Below, in pieces: positions 54,561 through 64,000 of a stretch of DNA of 64,000 bases (the first letter of the stretch is position 1; each line of letters opens with the position of its first letter). The notes beneath the pieces were generated by a model. The model was given only the letters and a program-made list of their open reading frames with translations, was not told the origin of the DNA and searched no databases. Origin of the DNA: an uncultured Syntrophaceae bacterium (GTDB taxonomy: Bacteria > Desulfobacterota > Syntrophia > Syntrophales > UBA5619); NCBI GenBank assembly GCA_964637025.1, contig CAZWTL010000001.1, forward strand, positions 9,394 to 73,393, given 5' to 3'. The position numbers and the translations under genes are program-made.

Positions 54561-56519
54561 ATGGTCGTAAGAGCAGTAATGAAGCGAATGAACAGGGTCG
54601 GGGGCTGCATCGCGGCCTTCCTCCTGCTCATGGGTGTCGTTCTGTCTTGGCCCGGCTGGGCCGAGGACGGTGTTCACCCGGATATCTGGCTGAAGAACGA
54701 ACAGGGAGACCGGATCGCCCCGGTTGACAACCGGACAGATCCCTACAGTCCAAGGCATACCTGCGGCGGATGCCATTCCTATGCGACGATCACGCAGGGG
54801 TACCATTTTCAGCAGGGCTTCGACGTGATGAGCGATCATTTCGACGCCAAAAGGCCCTGGGTCCTGTCGCCGGGAATGTACGGGAAATGGCTTCCCTATG
54901 CGGCGGCGGGACTTCTGGCCTCTAAAACCAACAGCGCTCAGAGGCAGATGGACCTCTCTGCCTATGACTGGATCGGCGGCGGCAAACTCAATACCGCAAA
55001 AAAAATCCGTTCGCCTGCCTGCGGCTGGTGTCATCCCGGCGGCGGTCCGCTCGAATACGGCAGGACCCCGGAGGGGCAGGCCGATCTCTCACGGAACCTG
55101 ACCCTGGCGGAGACGGGAAAGGGAAATCCTCTGGATGGGGATTTCAGCTCCCGCTTCACCCCCGATGGCCTGAGCCATTTCCGCGCAAGCGGCGTTGTCG
55201 AGGCGGATTGCCTGATCTGCCATATGGCCGGCTACCAGATGGAGAGGCGCAGCGGACAACTCGCGTCGCGCAATTACCGCTGGGCCGCCACCGCTGGCGC
55301 AGGGCTCGGCCGGATCCAGGGGGCGGTCTTCACCCATACCGATCCCGCCGCGGGTCCCGATCACCCCCGGTTCTCCTCTGGAAACTGGAATTTTGCCCTG
55401 CGGCCGAAGGTGTCCTACTTCTGGAACGATCGGAAACTTTTCTCGGAGAGGGGAAAACTTCGGGGTATGATTGTCCGCAAGGGCGTCGGATCGGAGAACT
55501 GCCTCCAATGCCATGGCGAGGCGGACTGGAAGAATACCGGGACAATCAATACCGCGCCGCACGACGCCCACGCCAAAGCCGGTCTTGCCTGCACCGACTG
55601 CCATCCCCTTGTCGGAAAGTCGGCCCAGGAACGACTCCGCCACCAGATCGCAAAGGGGGATTATCCGCAGACCAGTGTCCGGAACGATCTCGATGGCATG
55701 GAGATGCAAACCTGCATTGGCTGCCACAAGGAGGGAAGGTACCGGCCGAGCCGCCCCGGGGTGCCCAAGTCGGCCCCGAATCCGGATCGCACGCATGCCG
55801 CGAGATTTCCGGGCGGGGCTTTACACTTCACGCGAATTGCGTGCAATGCCTGTCATTCAACGGCCCAAACGGCGCGGGGAATGGCCCTGCTGGATCTGAG
55901 TGCCGGACGGGAACAGGGTTTCACAGCCGAAGCGGACGAGGCGGTAACCTGGGCCGCCGATTACGAACAGGCGCGGGCGCCCTGGCAGCCCTGGATCATC
56001 CATGCCAAGACAGGAAAAGGGGACATCGAGATCCTCCTTCCCCATGTTCCCAAGCGGCTCCAGTGGTTCGGGGAGAGGAGCAGCACCGGCGATGTCAGGC
56101 CGATTCCGCTTCACCGGGTCAAGGCGGCCTTTGGCGCCCTTCCGAAAAGACCTGCCATCGACACGGTCCGGACGGACGGGACAAAGGTGAAAATTCCTTC
56201 CGTCCGGTCGGATGAGGACATCCTCCGCATGATCGACGCCCTGACCAAGTCGGGTTTCCGGGATGTCGTGCTCCTGGATGACCGGCTCTATGAGATGTCC
56301 GGCGGGAAGCTGATTGCCGGAAAGGATCTGATTGCCGCGGATTCCTACCCCGTGGCCCATGGCGTCGTCCCGCTCGAAAGGAAAGCGGTTTTGGGGCAAA
56401 AAGGGCAGTATGAGGGATGCAATGACTGTCACGACAAGGGGGCGCCTTTCTTTACAAAGCCCCAGATCGTGAATATCCGCGAGCATCTCCGGCAATACCC
56501 GGAATACAAGGGGCCATAG
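54561..56519 (+). CDS. Periplasmic octaheme c-type cytochrome
   Basis: A signal peptide (...VLSWPGWA/ED) is followed by eight CxxCH motifs: CGGCH, CGWCH, CLICH, CLQCH, CTDCH, CIGCH, CNACH and CNDCH. Confidence 0.8.
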   Translation: MVVRAVMKRMNRVGGCIAAFLLLMGVVLSWPGWAEDGVHPDIWLKNEQGDRIAPVDNRTDPYSPRHTCGGCHSYATITQGYHFQQGFDVMSDHFDAKRPWVLSPGMYGKWLPYAAAGLLASKTNSAQRQMDLSAYDWIGGGKLNTAKKIRSPACGWCHPGGGPLEYGRTPEGQADLSRNLTLAETGKGNPLDGDFSSRFTPDGLSHFRASGVVEADCLICHMAGYQMERRSGQLASRNYRWAATAGAGLGRIQGAVFTHTDPAAGPDHPRFSSGNWNFALRPKVSYFWNDRKLFSERGKLRGMIVRKGVGSENCLQCHGEADWKNTGTINTAPHDAHAKAGLACTDCHPLVGKSAQERLRHQIAKGDYPQTSVRNDLDGMEMQTCIGCHKEGRYRPSRPGVPKSAPNPDRTHAARFPGGALHFTRIACNACHSTAQTARGMALLDLSAGREQGFTAEADEAVTWAADYEQARAPWQPWIIHAKTGKGDIEILLPHVPKRLQWFGERSSTGDVRPIPLHRVKAAFGALPKRPAIDTVRTDGTKVKIPSVRSDEDILRMIDALTKSGFRDVVLLDDRLYEMSGGKLIAGKDLIAADSYPVAHGVVPLERKAVLGQKGQYEGCNDCHDKGAPFFTKPQIVNIREHLRQYPEYKGP

Positions 56520-56576
56520 GCCTGCGGTTCGGGGGCTGGATGTGGGACAGACCCTCGGCAAAAGGGTGAGAATGGG

Positions 56577-57335
56577 ATGAGTCGAACGAAGTGGATAGGC
56601 ACAGCGGCACTGCTGTCGGCGCTTCTTGCGGCATCGCCGGCGTCGGCGTCGGCGCCGAACGTGATTGAGCCGGCGTTGCTGAGACAAATGATCCGGCAGG
56701 GGGAAGATTTTACCCTTGTCAACGCCATGAGCCGCTTGGAGTGCATGGACCACAGCATTCCCGGTTCGATGTGCGTCGCGGGCGAGGAGTTTCCCGGGAC
56801 GGCACCCAAACGCTTTCCGGACAAGAAGCGGTTGCTGGTCTTCTACGACGAGGGCCATCAGGGCGCCCTGGGCGAAAAGACGGCTGCGATGGCCATGCAG
56901 CACGGTTATACGCGGGTATCGGTGCTGCGCGGCGGCATTGAAGCCTGGAAAAAGGCGGGGTTCGATACGGTTTCCCAGGTGCGGATTCCCCGGGTTCCCT
57001 CGGAGTCGATCAAAGCGGAGCAGCTTGCCCAATGGCTGTCGGAGAAGAAGGATCTGTTGATCCTCGATATCCGCGAAGAGGCCCTTTTCCGGGAAGATCA
57101 TCTCCCGGGATCGATCCACATCCCCTTCCACCGCCTGCACGAGCGGTATCCCGAGATTCCGCTGAACCGAAGGATCCTGGTCGTGGACGAGCAGGGACTG
57201 CGCTCCTTCCTTGCATGCTCCTATCTCATCCGGAAGGGGATCATCGACGTGAAGAGGCTCTTCGGCGGGATGGCGCGATGGCGGGACTATCTTGCCGCGA
57301 CGCATGGAAAACGGAAGGTCGCCGGGGACAGATGA
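56577..57335 (+). CDS. Periplasmic tandem rhodanese-homology-domain protein lacking catalytic cysteines
   Basis: A signal peptide (...ASPASASA/PN) is followed by two rhodanese-like modules. Their active-site loops read FYDEGHQG and VVDEQGLRS, with Asp where Cys is expected. Confidence 0.7.
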   Translation: MSRTKWIGTAALLSALLAASPASASAPNVIEPALLRQMIRQGEDFTLVNAMSRLECMDHSIPGSMCVAGEEFPGTAPKRFPDKKRLLVFYDEGHQGALGEKTAAMAMQHGYTRVSVLRGGIEAWKKAGFDTVSQVRIPRVPSESIKAEQLAQWLSEKKDLLILDIREEALFREDHLPGSIHIPFHRLHERYPEIPLNRRILVVDEQGLRSFLACSYLIRKGIIDVKRLFGGMARWRDYLAATHGKRKVAGDR

Positions 57336-57348
57336 AGAAGGAAACGCC

Positions 57349-59214
57349 ATGGGTTTCAGGATTCGGATCATTTTGAGGGCCGCCCTTCTGATGGGGTGTT
57401 GCCTTGTTGTGCCGGCGGCGCCGGCAGCGGTATCTTCTCCGGCCGGGCCGGATCAACGCTGCACGGACTGTCACGATGACGGGAGATTCCACTCCCGTTT
57501 CGATGTTTCGGTGCACGGCAACAATCGTTGCACGAGCTGTCACACCGGCATCCGGGATATCGCCGCCCACAGCGACGGCGAGGAAAAGCCGAACCCGGTG
57601 AACTGCGGGAGCTGTCATCAGGAGGTTGCACGGTCCTTCAGGAGCAGCTTCCATTCCCTCAATCAGGATTTCCGCTGCACCGATTGCCACCGGGACATCC
57701 ATACACGGGAACGCGCCGATGCCCGCCAAAAAGAAGCCGTGATCCGCAAGTGCACGGAGTGCCATGCCAACGAGGAATACGTCGCCTCCGGCCATGGCGA
57801 ATCCGTCCTCAAGGGAAATCAGGGTTCGGCGGCCTGCTCGGATTGCCACGGCCTGCACGACACGCGGGCCTTTCACACGTCCCTATCGGCCTATCCCGCC
57901 GAAGCGCGGGAGTTCTATACGCAAAAATGCAAGAAATGCCACGAGGACAGGGAACTCATGGGCCGCAGCGGCCTGTCCGCCGACATCGTGAAACAATACG
58001 AGATGACCTATCACGGCAAGGTGGGAAGCATCGGCAATCCTTCGCGGGTGGCCGGCTGCGCGGACTGTCATGCCTCGCACAACGTGCTGCCGAAATCGGA
58101 CACCCGTTCCTCCATCCACCCGAACAACCTGATCACCAATTGCGGGCGCTGCCACAGCTCTTTCCATCCCCGCTTTGTCTCGTTCAAGGCCCATCCGGAT
58201 TTTCATGACCGGAAGAATCAACCCGCTCTTTTCTGGACTTTCGTTTTCATGTCGGTTCTGCTGATCGGCACTTTCCTGTTCTTCTGGGTCCATACCGTGC
58301 TGTGGTGGCGAAAGAGCTACTGGGAAAAGCACAAGCGGGAAACGCTCGATTTTCATGATGCCTGTCCGGTACCGGGGGGCGAGGAATCGGTGCCGGTCGA
58401 ACGGTTTACGCTGCAGGAACGGATCATCCACGTGCTCCTGGCGATATCGTTCATGACGCTCGTCATGACAGGTTTCCCCCTCAAATACCACGTGTCTCCC
58501 TGGGCCGGACCGCTGCTGAGTCTATGGGGCGGGGTGGACTGGGCGGGAACCTTCCACCGCATGGCGGCGGCGCTGCTTACCATCCTCTTCCTCTATACGC
58601 TTTGGCTCTCTTTCCGGTTTCTCTTCCCGCCCGGCCAGGGGACGAAGGGCTGGGTCCGGCGCCTCTTCGGCCCGGATTCCCTCTGCCCGAACATGAAGGA
58701 TATCAATGACCTGGTGGGGATGTTCCGCTGGTTCTTCGATCGGGGAGAGATGCCGAAGTTCGACCGCTGGACCTATTGGGAGAAATTCGATTTTCTCGCC
58801 GTTTTCTGGGGAATGCTCTTCATCGGCGGATCCGGGTTCCTGTTGTGGATTCCCGAGTGGTCATCCTGGATCGTGCCCGGATGGGTGCTCAATGTCGCGA
58901 TACTGGTGCATTCGGATGAGGCGCTGCTGGCGGCGCTGTTTATCTTCACGGTTCATTATTTCAATACCCACTTCATTCCGACGAAATTTCCGATGGATCC
59001 GATCATCTTCACAGGGCGTTACCGTTTGGGGGAGATGCGGAAGCACAAGCCGCTCCAGTACGAACGCCTCACGGCGAATGGCAGCATCGAAACCCTCAAA
59101 CGAACACATCCGGGAATTCCGCTCAAGGTGATCTCGGGGATCTTTGGTTTGGCCATGCTGCTGCTCGGCCTGCTTCTGGCCGTCCTCATTCTCTGGGCCA
59201 TCTTGTTCGAATAG
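57349..59214 (+). CDS. Nine-heme c-type cytochrome fused to a FdnI/HydC-type cytochrome b membrane domain (CbcL-like quinol oxidoreductase)
   Basis: A signal/anchor segment precedes nine CxxCH motifs: CTDCH, CTSCH, CGSCH, CTDCH, CTECH, CSDCH, CKKCH, CADCH and CGRCH. These are followed by about 5-6 TM helices with conserved His (IIHVLL, FHRMAA, VHSDEA, VHYFNTH). I set the start at MGFRIRI (ATG 57349). Confidence 0.8.
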   Translation: MGFRIRIILRAALLMGCCLVVPAAPAAVSSPAGPDQRCTDCHDDGRFHSRFDVSVHGNNRCTSCHTGIRDIAAHSDGEEKPNPVNCGSCHQEVARSFRSSFHSLNQDFRCTDCHRDIHTRERADARQKEAVIRKCTECHANEEYVASGHGESVLKGNQGSAACSDCHGLHDTRAFHTSLSAYPAEAREFYTQKCKKCHEDRELMGRSGLSADIVKQYEMTYHGKVGSIGNPSRVAGCADCHASHNVLPKSDTRSSIHPNNLITNCGRCHSSFHPRFVSFKAHPDFHDRKNQPALFWTFVFMSVLLIGTFLFFWVHTVLWWRKSYWEKHKRETLDFHDACPVPGGEESVPVERFTLQERIIHVLLAISFMTLVMTGFPLKYHVSPWAGPLLSLWGGVDWAGTFHRMAAALLTILFLYTLWLSFRFLFPPGQGTKGWVRRLFGPDSLCPNMKDINDLVGMFRWFFDRGEMPKFDRWTYWEKFDFLAVFWGMLFIGGSGFLLWIPEWSSWIVPGWVLNVAILVHSDEALLAALFIFTVHYFNTHFIPTKFPMDPIIFTGRYRLGEMRKHKPLQYERLTANGSIETLKRTHPGIPLKVISGIFGLAMLLLGLLLAVLILWAILFE

Positions 59215-59443
59215 CCGGTGACCCATTCACGGACTTCGGGACATGAGGCGCGCACCGTTGATTGATTCAACGGACCGGTGCCGAGATCCATATGCCGGAA
59301 AACGCAGAGGATGCAATCCTGCGAACGGCCATAGCCCATCTCTTCGAGAGCGAGCCGGACATCCGGGAGTTGATCAAGGGGTCGGGGTCGGCGCAACGTC
59401 CCCTGTCTCCGTCGTGCTTCACCCCCTGCTGACGATCCGTGAG

Positions 59444-60493
59444 TCACACCTTTGCAGCCCGGTAAAACTCCCCGTACATATCCCAGAGGGCGATCAGGAG
59501 CGAGGTGATGACGGGGCCGATGACGAAACCGGAGAAACCGAAGAGGACGATGCCCCCGAGCGTCGAGAGAAAGATGAGCAGCGGGTGCATTTCAACGTCC
59601 TTGCCGATCATGAGAGGCCGCAGCAGGTTGTCCACGGTGCTGATGACCACGAAGCCGAAGACGAGAATGAGCATTCCCTCCCAGAGGTGACCGCCCAGGA
59701 GCATCAGGACGCCGGCGGGACCCCAGATGATGGAACAGCCGACCGCCGGAATGATGGCCGCCAGGACCATCAGGAAGCCCCAGATCAGCGCCCCCTCGAT
59801 GCCCGTCACGAAAAAGACGAGCCCTCCCAGTATCCCCTGAATGCCGCCGATGATCAGCGTGACCTTCAGCGTCGAGCGCGCCGTGGCGATGAAACGCTCG
59901 TAGAGAAACGTCTCCCTTCCCATCCCCATCGGCAGGTGCCTTATCACGGTCTGGAGAAACCGATCCCCGTCACGGATAAGGAAAAAGAGGGCGTAGAGCA
60001 TGATCGCGAATTTGACCAGCAGCCCGAGGGTGTTCTGCGTCAGGCTCTTGAGATGGGACAGGATGAAGCTGACGATTCCCTGCGCGACCTCGGTTGCCTT
60101 TGAAACCACCACGGCCTTCTCGATGTTGAGGAGGCGGAGGACGGAGTTTCCGGAGATCGTGTCGATGAAGCGATGGAGGCTCTGGTCCATGTTCTGCGTA
60201 TCCGGCGCCAGGGCCGCGTAGAGCCGCACGGATTCGTTGAAGGCCATCTTTCCGATGATCCCGGCGGGCAGCAGCACGATCAGCGCGATCATCATGAAGA
60301 GAATCAACGTGCTCAGGTTCGGGCGGTGCAATTTGCCGTTGATCCTGCGGTAGAGGGGCCTGAACACGCCGGCGATGACGACGGCCCAGAAAAGCGGAAA
60401 GAAAAAAGGCTTCAGCAGATAGAGGAACAGGAGCGTCACGAGCCCCAGGACGACAAAAAACGGGATATTGCGATCTTTGCTGTTTCCAGTCAT
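59444..60493 (-). CDS. AI-2E family transporter (PerM/UPF0118)
   Basis: It is a 349-aa multi-TM protein with ...VDNLLRPLMIGKDVEMHPLLIFLSTLGG..., typical of the family. I set the start at MTGNSKD (ATG 60493); the longer ORF-track version adds an Arg-rich extension. Confidence 0.8.
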   Translation of the reverse strand: MTGNSKDRNIPFFVVLGLVTLLFLYLLKPFFFPLFWAVVIAGVFRPLYRRINGKLHRPNLSTLILFMMIALIVLLPAGIIGKMAFNESVRLYAALAPDTQNMDQSLHRFIDTISGNSVLRLLNIEKAVVVSKATEVAQGIVSFILSHLKSLTQNTLGLLVKFAIMLYALFFLIRDGDRFLQTVIRHLPMGMGRETFLYERFIATARSTLKVTLIIGGIQGILGGLVFFVTGIEGALIWGFLMVLAAIIPAVGCSIIWGPAGVLMLLGGHLWEGMLILVFGFVVISTVDNLLRPLMIGKDVEMHPLLIFLSTLGGIVLFGFSGFVIGPVITSLLIALWDMYGEFYRAAKV

Positions 60494-60675
60494 ATGATGG
60501 CCTGCCGGGTCCGTTCCCCGAGCCTGCGGCCGGCGGGGACGGTTGCAGGCCGCCGGTTTCTTGCAGGCGCGTTTCGCGAAATCTACACAATCCCGCTTCC
60601 GAAAACAAGCCCTTTTCAGGGGAAGGACGCTCCAGGTCCAGGGCTTCGGCAAGGGGCGGCCGTTCGACAGGGATT

Positions 60676-61473
60676 TCAGGCAGCAGCGGGCGGCATTCCG
60701 ACAATGTCGCCGACGCCGTCGAGAACGAAGGCGGGACGGTAGGGGAAACGGTCCATCTCTGCTCTTGATGTGACCCCGCTCAGGACGAGCAGCGTATCGA
60801 TCCCCGCCTCGATTCCGGCGACGATATCCGTATCCATCCGGTCCCCGATGACCAGGGTCTCCTCTCGACTGCACCCGATTTGTGTGAGGGCATGCCGCAT
60901 CATGAGGGGATTCGGTTTCCCGATGTAGTAGGCCTTCTTGCCCGTGACCAGTTCGATGGGGGCGACCAGGGCCTGGGTGGCAGGGACGATCCCCTCCTCG
61001 AACCGATCCGTCAGGTCGGGATTGGTGCCGATGAGCCTTGCCCCCTGAAGGACGCAGTGGACGGCCCGGGTCATCTTTTCAAAACTGTACGATTTGGTTT
61101 CGCCCACGATGACGTAATCGGGATTGATTTCGTTCATCGAAAAGCCCGCATCGTAGAGGGCGTTCGTCAACCCCGTCTCCCCGATCACATAGGCGCTGCC
61201 CCCTGGACACTGGCCGGCCAGAAAGCTTGCCGTTGCCAATGCGCTCGTATAAAAGGCGCCCTCTTCGACTTCGATGCCCAGGCGCGCGAGCTTCTCCCTG
61301 AGCTCGCGCGGCGATCGTTCGCTGGAGTTGGTGAGAAAACAGAACCGTTTCCCCTCCCGCTGCAGCCAGGCCACGAATGCCTTCACCCCCGGGAGCAGCC
61401 GGTTGCCGTGGTAGAGAACCCCGTCCATGTCGCAGATGAAGCCGCGCTTGTTCCGAATGATCTGCTCGTCCAT
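60676..61473 (-). CDS. HAD-IIA subfamily hydrolase (NagD/sugar-phosphatase-like)
   Basis: Motifs are FICDMDGVLYHG, FLTNSS and GDRMDTDI. The start could be 61473 (MDEQ) or 61488 (MYRV). Confidence 0.8.
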   Translation of the reverse strand: MDEQIIRNKRGFICDMDGVLYHGNRLLPGVKAFVAWLQREGKRFCFLTNSSERSPRELREKLARLGIEVEEGAFYTSALATASFLAGQCPGGSAYVIGETGLTNALYDAGFSMNEINPDYVIVGETKSYSFEKMTRAVHCVLQGARLIGTNPDLTDRFEEGIVPATQALVAPIELVTGKKAYYIGKPNPLMMRHALTQIGCSREETLVIGDRMDTDIVAGIEAGIDTLLVLSGVTSRAEMDRFPYRPAFVLDGVGDIVGMPPAAA

Positions 61474-61771
61474 GGGAACCCTATACATGGATGCACGGCC
61501 GAATGCAACAAGCCGTGCGGCGGCGGGCAGCCGCTTTTTTTTCTTGTGTCTCCCAAACATTGCATGCTATAGGCAAACCCGGGATTCTCAGGCTCTTCTT
61601 CATGCCGAAGGATCTTGCCCGAAATCCCTTCTCGGAAGCAACATCAAACAAGATTCGATCCCTTCACGAACATCCCCTGCGATGCCCAAGTGAAGCAACG
61701 GGACGTTCCGACGGGAACAGGCTGCTGCCCGGTACCATAACGATTTCAAGTCACGGAAGGAGAGTGGGAAC

Positions 61772-63031
61772 ATGGGAATGACCATCACGGAAAAAATTCT
61801 CGCCAGACACACCGATCTTGCTGAGGTGAAACCCGGGATGCTGATCAACGCCCGGGTGGACATTGCCCTTGGCAACGACATCACGGCGCCGATCGCCATC
61901 GAGGCGTTCAGGAAGGCAGGCGGGCAGAAGGTGTTCGATCGCGAAAAGGTGGTTCTCGTTCCGGACCATTTTGCGCCCAACAAGGACATCGCCTCCGCCG
62001 AACAGTGCAAGGTGATGAGAAATTTTGCCAGAGAACAGGGCATCACCCACTATTATGAAGTGGGAGAGGCGGGGATTGAACATGCCCTGCTGCCCGAAAA
62101 GGGGGTGGTGCTGCCGGGGGATCTGGTGATCGGCGCCGACAGCCATTCCTGCACCTACGGGGCGCTGGGCGCGTTCGGCATCGGCATCGGGAGCACGGAT
62201 CTTGCCGCGGCCTTCCTGACCGGCGAAATCTGGCTGATCGTGCCCGAAACCATGAAATTCGTGCTGCATGGGAAACTCAACCGATGGGTCTCGGGGAAGG
62301 ATTTGATCCTCTACATCATCGGCAAGATCGGCGTGGACGGCGCCGTCTATCGCGCGATGGAATTCACCGGGGATGCCGTCCGGAACCTGGGCATGGCCGA
62401 TAGGTTCACCATGGCCAACATGGTCATCGAAGCCGGCGCGAAAAACGGCATCTTCATTCCCGACGAGATCACGGTATCCTACGTGAAGGACCGGGCGGAA
62501 CGGGAGTTTACGCTCTATGATTCCGATCCGGATGCCGCCTACCACTCGGTCATCGACATCGACGTCTCGGCCATCGAGCCCCAGGTCGCCTTCCCGCCGT
62601 TGCCGTCCAATACGCGGAACATCGGACAGGTCGGTGACATCCGCATCGACCAGGCGGTGATCGGATCCTGCACGAACGGCCGGATCGAAGACCTGAGGGT
62701 GGCCGCCGGCATTCTCAAAGGCCGAAAGGTGGCCCCCTTTGTCCGCCTGATCGTCATCCCCGCGACGCCCGACATGTACAGGACCGCCATGCAGGAGGGG
62801 CTGCTCGACATCTTCCTGGCCGCAAACGCCGTGATCAGCCCCCCCACCTGCGGACCCTGCCTCGGTGGCTACATGGGCATTCTGGCGGACGGGGAAGTGA
62901 CCGTATCCACGACCAACCGGAATTTTATCGGACGCATGGGACACCGGAACAGCTCGGTGTATCTGTCCAGCCCGGCCGTGGCCGCGGCATCGGCCGTGCT
63001 GGGAAGAATCGGCAGCCCGGATGAATTGTAA
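61772..63031 (+). CDS. leuC: 3-isopropylmalate dehydratase large subunit (LeuC, short type)
   Basis: It starts [11 protein letters not shown] and has the aconitase-family Cys ligand contexts ([27 protein letters not shown]); 419 aa. Confidence 0.9.
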   Translation: MGMTITEKILARHTDLAEVKPGMLINARVDIALGNDITAPIAIEAFRKAGGQKVFDREKVVLVPDHFAPNKDIASAEQCKVMRNFAREQGITHYYEVGEAGIEHALLPEKGVVLPGDLVIGADSHSCTYGALGAFGIGIGSTDLAAAFLTGEIWLIVPETMKFVLHGKLNRWVSGKDLILYIIGKIGVDGAVYRAMEFTGDAVRNLGMADRFTMANMVIEAGAKNGIFIPDEITVSYVKDRAEREFTLYDSDPDAAYHSVIDIDVSAIEPQVAFPPLPSNTRNIGQVGDIRIDQAVIGSCTNGRIEDLRVAAGILKGRKVAPFVRLIVIPATPDMYRTAMQEGLLDIFLAANAVISPPTCGPCLGGYMGILADGEVTVSTTNRNFIGRMGHRNSSVYLSSPAVAAASAVLGRIGSPDEL

Positions 63032-63088
63032 CTTCGGAACAGGGATCCCTTTTCCCGCATTGCCTATCACATCAGAGAGGTTTGAAAC

Positions 63089-63598
63089 ATGAACTTTACA
63101 GGAAACGTATGGAAATTCGGCGACGACATCGACACGGATCTCATCATCCCCGCCCGTTATCTCACGACATCGGATCCCAAAATTCTGGACGGGCACTGCA
63201 TGGAGGATGCCGATCCCGGATTCATCGGCAAGATCCAGAAGGGCGACATCATGGTCGCCGGGAAGAATTTCGGCTGCGGCTCCTCGCGCGAACATGCCCC
63301 GATCTCGATCAAGGCGGCCGGGATTGCCTGCGTCGTTGCCAAGAGCTTTGCCCGCATCTTCTACAGAAATGCCTTCAACATGGGCCTGCCGATATTCGAG
63401 GCGCCCACCCTGTGGGACCGGGTTTCAAACGGCGACCGGATCACCGTGAATGCGGATGAGGAATGGGCCAGGATCGAGAGGAACGGCGGGGAAACGCACC
63501 GTTTCAAGCCGATTCCACCCTTCATGCGGGAGCTGATGAATGCGGGCGGCCTGATGCAGTTCCTCTCCCAACGTCAGTCCGGAGGGGATGCAAGATGA
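63089..63598 (+). CDS. leuD: 3-isopropylmalate dehydratase small subunit (LeuD)
   Basis: It contains ...[14 protein letters not shown]...[14 protein letters not shown]..., the swivel domain; 169 aa. Confidence 0.9.
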   Translation: MNFTGNVWKFGDDIDTDLIIPARYLTTSDPKILDGHCMEDADPGFIGKIQKGDIMVAGKNFGCGSSREHAPISIKAAGIACVVAKSFARIFYRNAFNMGLPIFEAPTLWDRVSNGDRITVNADEEWARIERNGGETHRFKPIPPFMRELMNAGGLMQFLSQRQSGGDAR

Positions 63599-64000
63599 AA
63601 TCCTATCGGATCGCAGTCCTGCCGGGCGACGGCATCGGCCCGGACGTCATGCGGGAAGCCCGGAAAGTCCTGGATGCCGTGTCGGCGCGGGCCGACGTCC
63701 GCTTCGAGATGGAGGAGGGGCTGGTCGGAGGCGCCGCATACGACCGCTTCGGAACCCCGCTTCCCCAACCGGTCATGGACCTTGCGCTTTCGAGCGATGC
63801 CGTTCTGCTGGGCGCCGTGGGAGGACCCCAATGGGAATCCCTTGACTACAGCGTGCGGCCGGAGCGGGGGCTGCTGGGACTGCGGTCTGGTCTCGGCCTC
63901 TTTGCGAATCTCCGTCCGGTGGTCGTCTTCGAGGACCTGATCGACGCCTCGCCCCTCAGGAACGAGGTCGTCCGGGGGATCGATCTCCTCTTCGTCCGGG
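63595..64000 (+). CDS. leuB: 3-isopropylmalate dehydrogenase, N-terminal fragment (3' end outside window)
   Basis: ATG 63595 overlaps the leuD stop (ATGA). My translation is [29 protein letters not shown]...LLGAVGGPQWE...GLFANLRP.... This ORF is not in the ORF track because no stop lies within the window. Confidence 0.85.
   Translation, partial: MKSYRIAVLPGDGIGPDVMREARKVLDAVSARADVRFEMEEGLVGGAAYDRFGTPLPQPVMDLALSSDAVLLGAVGGPQWESLDYSVRPERGLLGLRSGLGLFANLRPVVVFEDLIDASPLRNEVVRGIDLLFVR

Noticed and set aside
61474-61771. I looked for a leucine leader peptide or attenuator upstream of leuC.
   Set aside because: The only small ORFs in the leader are not Leu-rich, and I found no terminator/antiterminator hairpin pair.
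1-64000. I scanned for rRNA, tRNA, tmRNA, CRISPR arrays, IS elements or transposases, integrases, phage genes and known defence systems.
   Set aside because: I saw no regularly spaced direct repeats, no tRNA-like T-arm/acceptor pattern, and no ORF with transposase, integrase or nuclease-helicase defence signatures. This was a by-eye scan, so tRNAscan, Infernal and repeat finders should confirm it.

Overview
This is a gene-dense, high-GC chromosomal segment. Coding regions are GC3-rich, which produces many long stop-free antisense ORFs that I treat as artefacts. I call about 58 protein genes and found no rRNA, tRNA, CRISPR array, transposase or integrase. Gene content points to a strictly anaerobic, probably Desulfobacterota/Syntrophia-like bacterium (inference from OFOR, an HgdC/BcrAD-type activase, an AbfD-like dehydratase, a corrinoid methyltransferase module and a CbcL-like cytochrome).

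Layout:
- 1-3 kb: MttB-family methyltransferase tail, corrinoid protein and a hydantoinase-type ATPase.
- 3-7.5 kb: housekeeping genes (MBL hydrolase, HAD, polyprenyl synthase, M29 aminopeptidase).
- 7.5-10.5 kb: an Mla/MCE-type lipid-transport operon whose ATPase gene is a decayed remnant.
- 10.6-17.7 kb: FAH, HtrA (behind a perfect sigma54 promoter), EndoIII-like, PHP, a lone transcarboxylase 5S-like subunit and DUF374.
- 17.9-21.4 kb: an SDR / activase / LvaA-like kinase / SDR operon.
- 21.6-27.5 kb: miscellaneous genes (J-protein, hydrolase, DUF362, CcdA/TlpA, MutM).
- 28.4-32.7 kb: behind an AT-rich control region and a structured terminator-containing leader, a lysine-2,3-aminomutase operon with two Ddl-like ATP-grasp ligases, a mini-DMT protein and a GNAT.
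- 34.2-54.5 kb: an IclR-headed anaerobic catabolic island (porGDAB-type OFOR with an unusual delta fusion, AbfD-like, GlcF/GlcDE, Liv-type ABC importer, UxaA-like, exported unknown, MFS, LarA-like).
- 54.6-59.2 kb: octaheme cytochrome c, Cys-less double rhodanese and a nine-heme/cytochrome b CbcL-like fusion.
- 59.4-64 kb: AI-2E transporter, HAD-IIA and leuCDB.

The best candidate for an undescribed system is the kamA / twin ATP-grasp / DMT / GNAT operon, a predicted beta-lysine conjugate pathway. Next come the dead-ATPase Mla operon, the orphan activase operon and the cytochrome/pseudo-rhodanese module. All family assignments rest on motif recognition by eye; no database search was possible.
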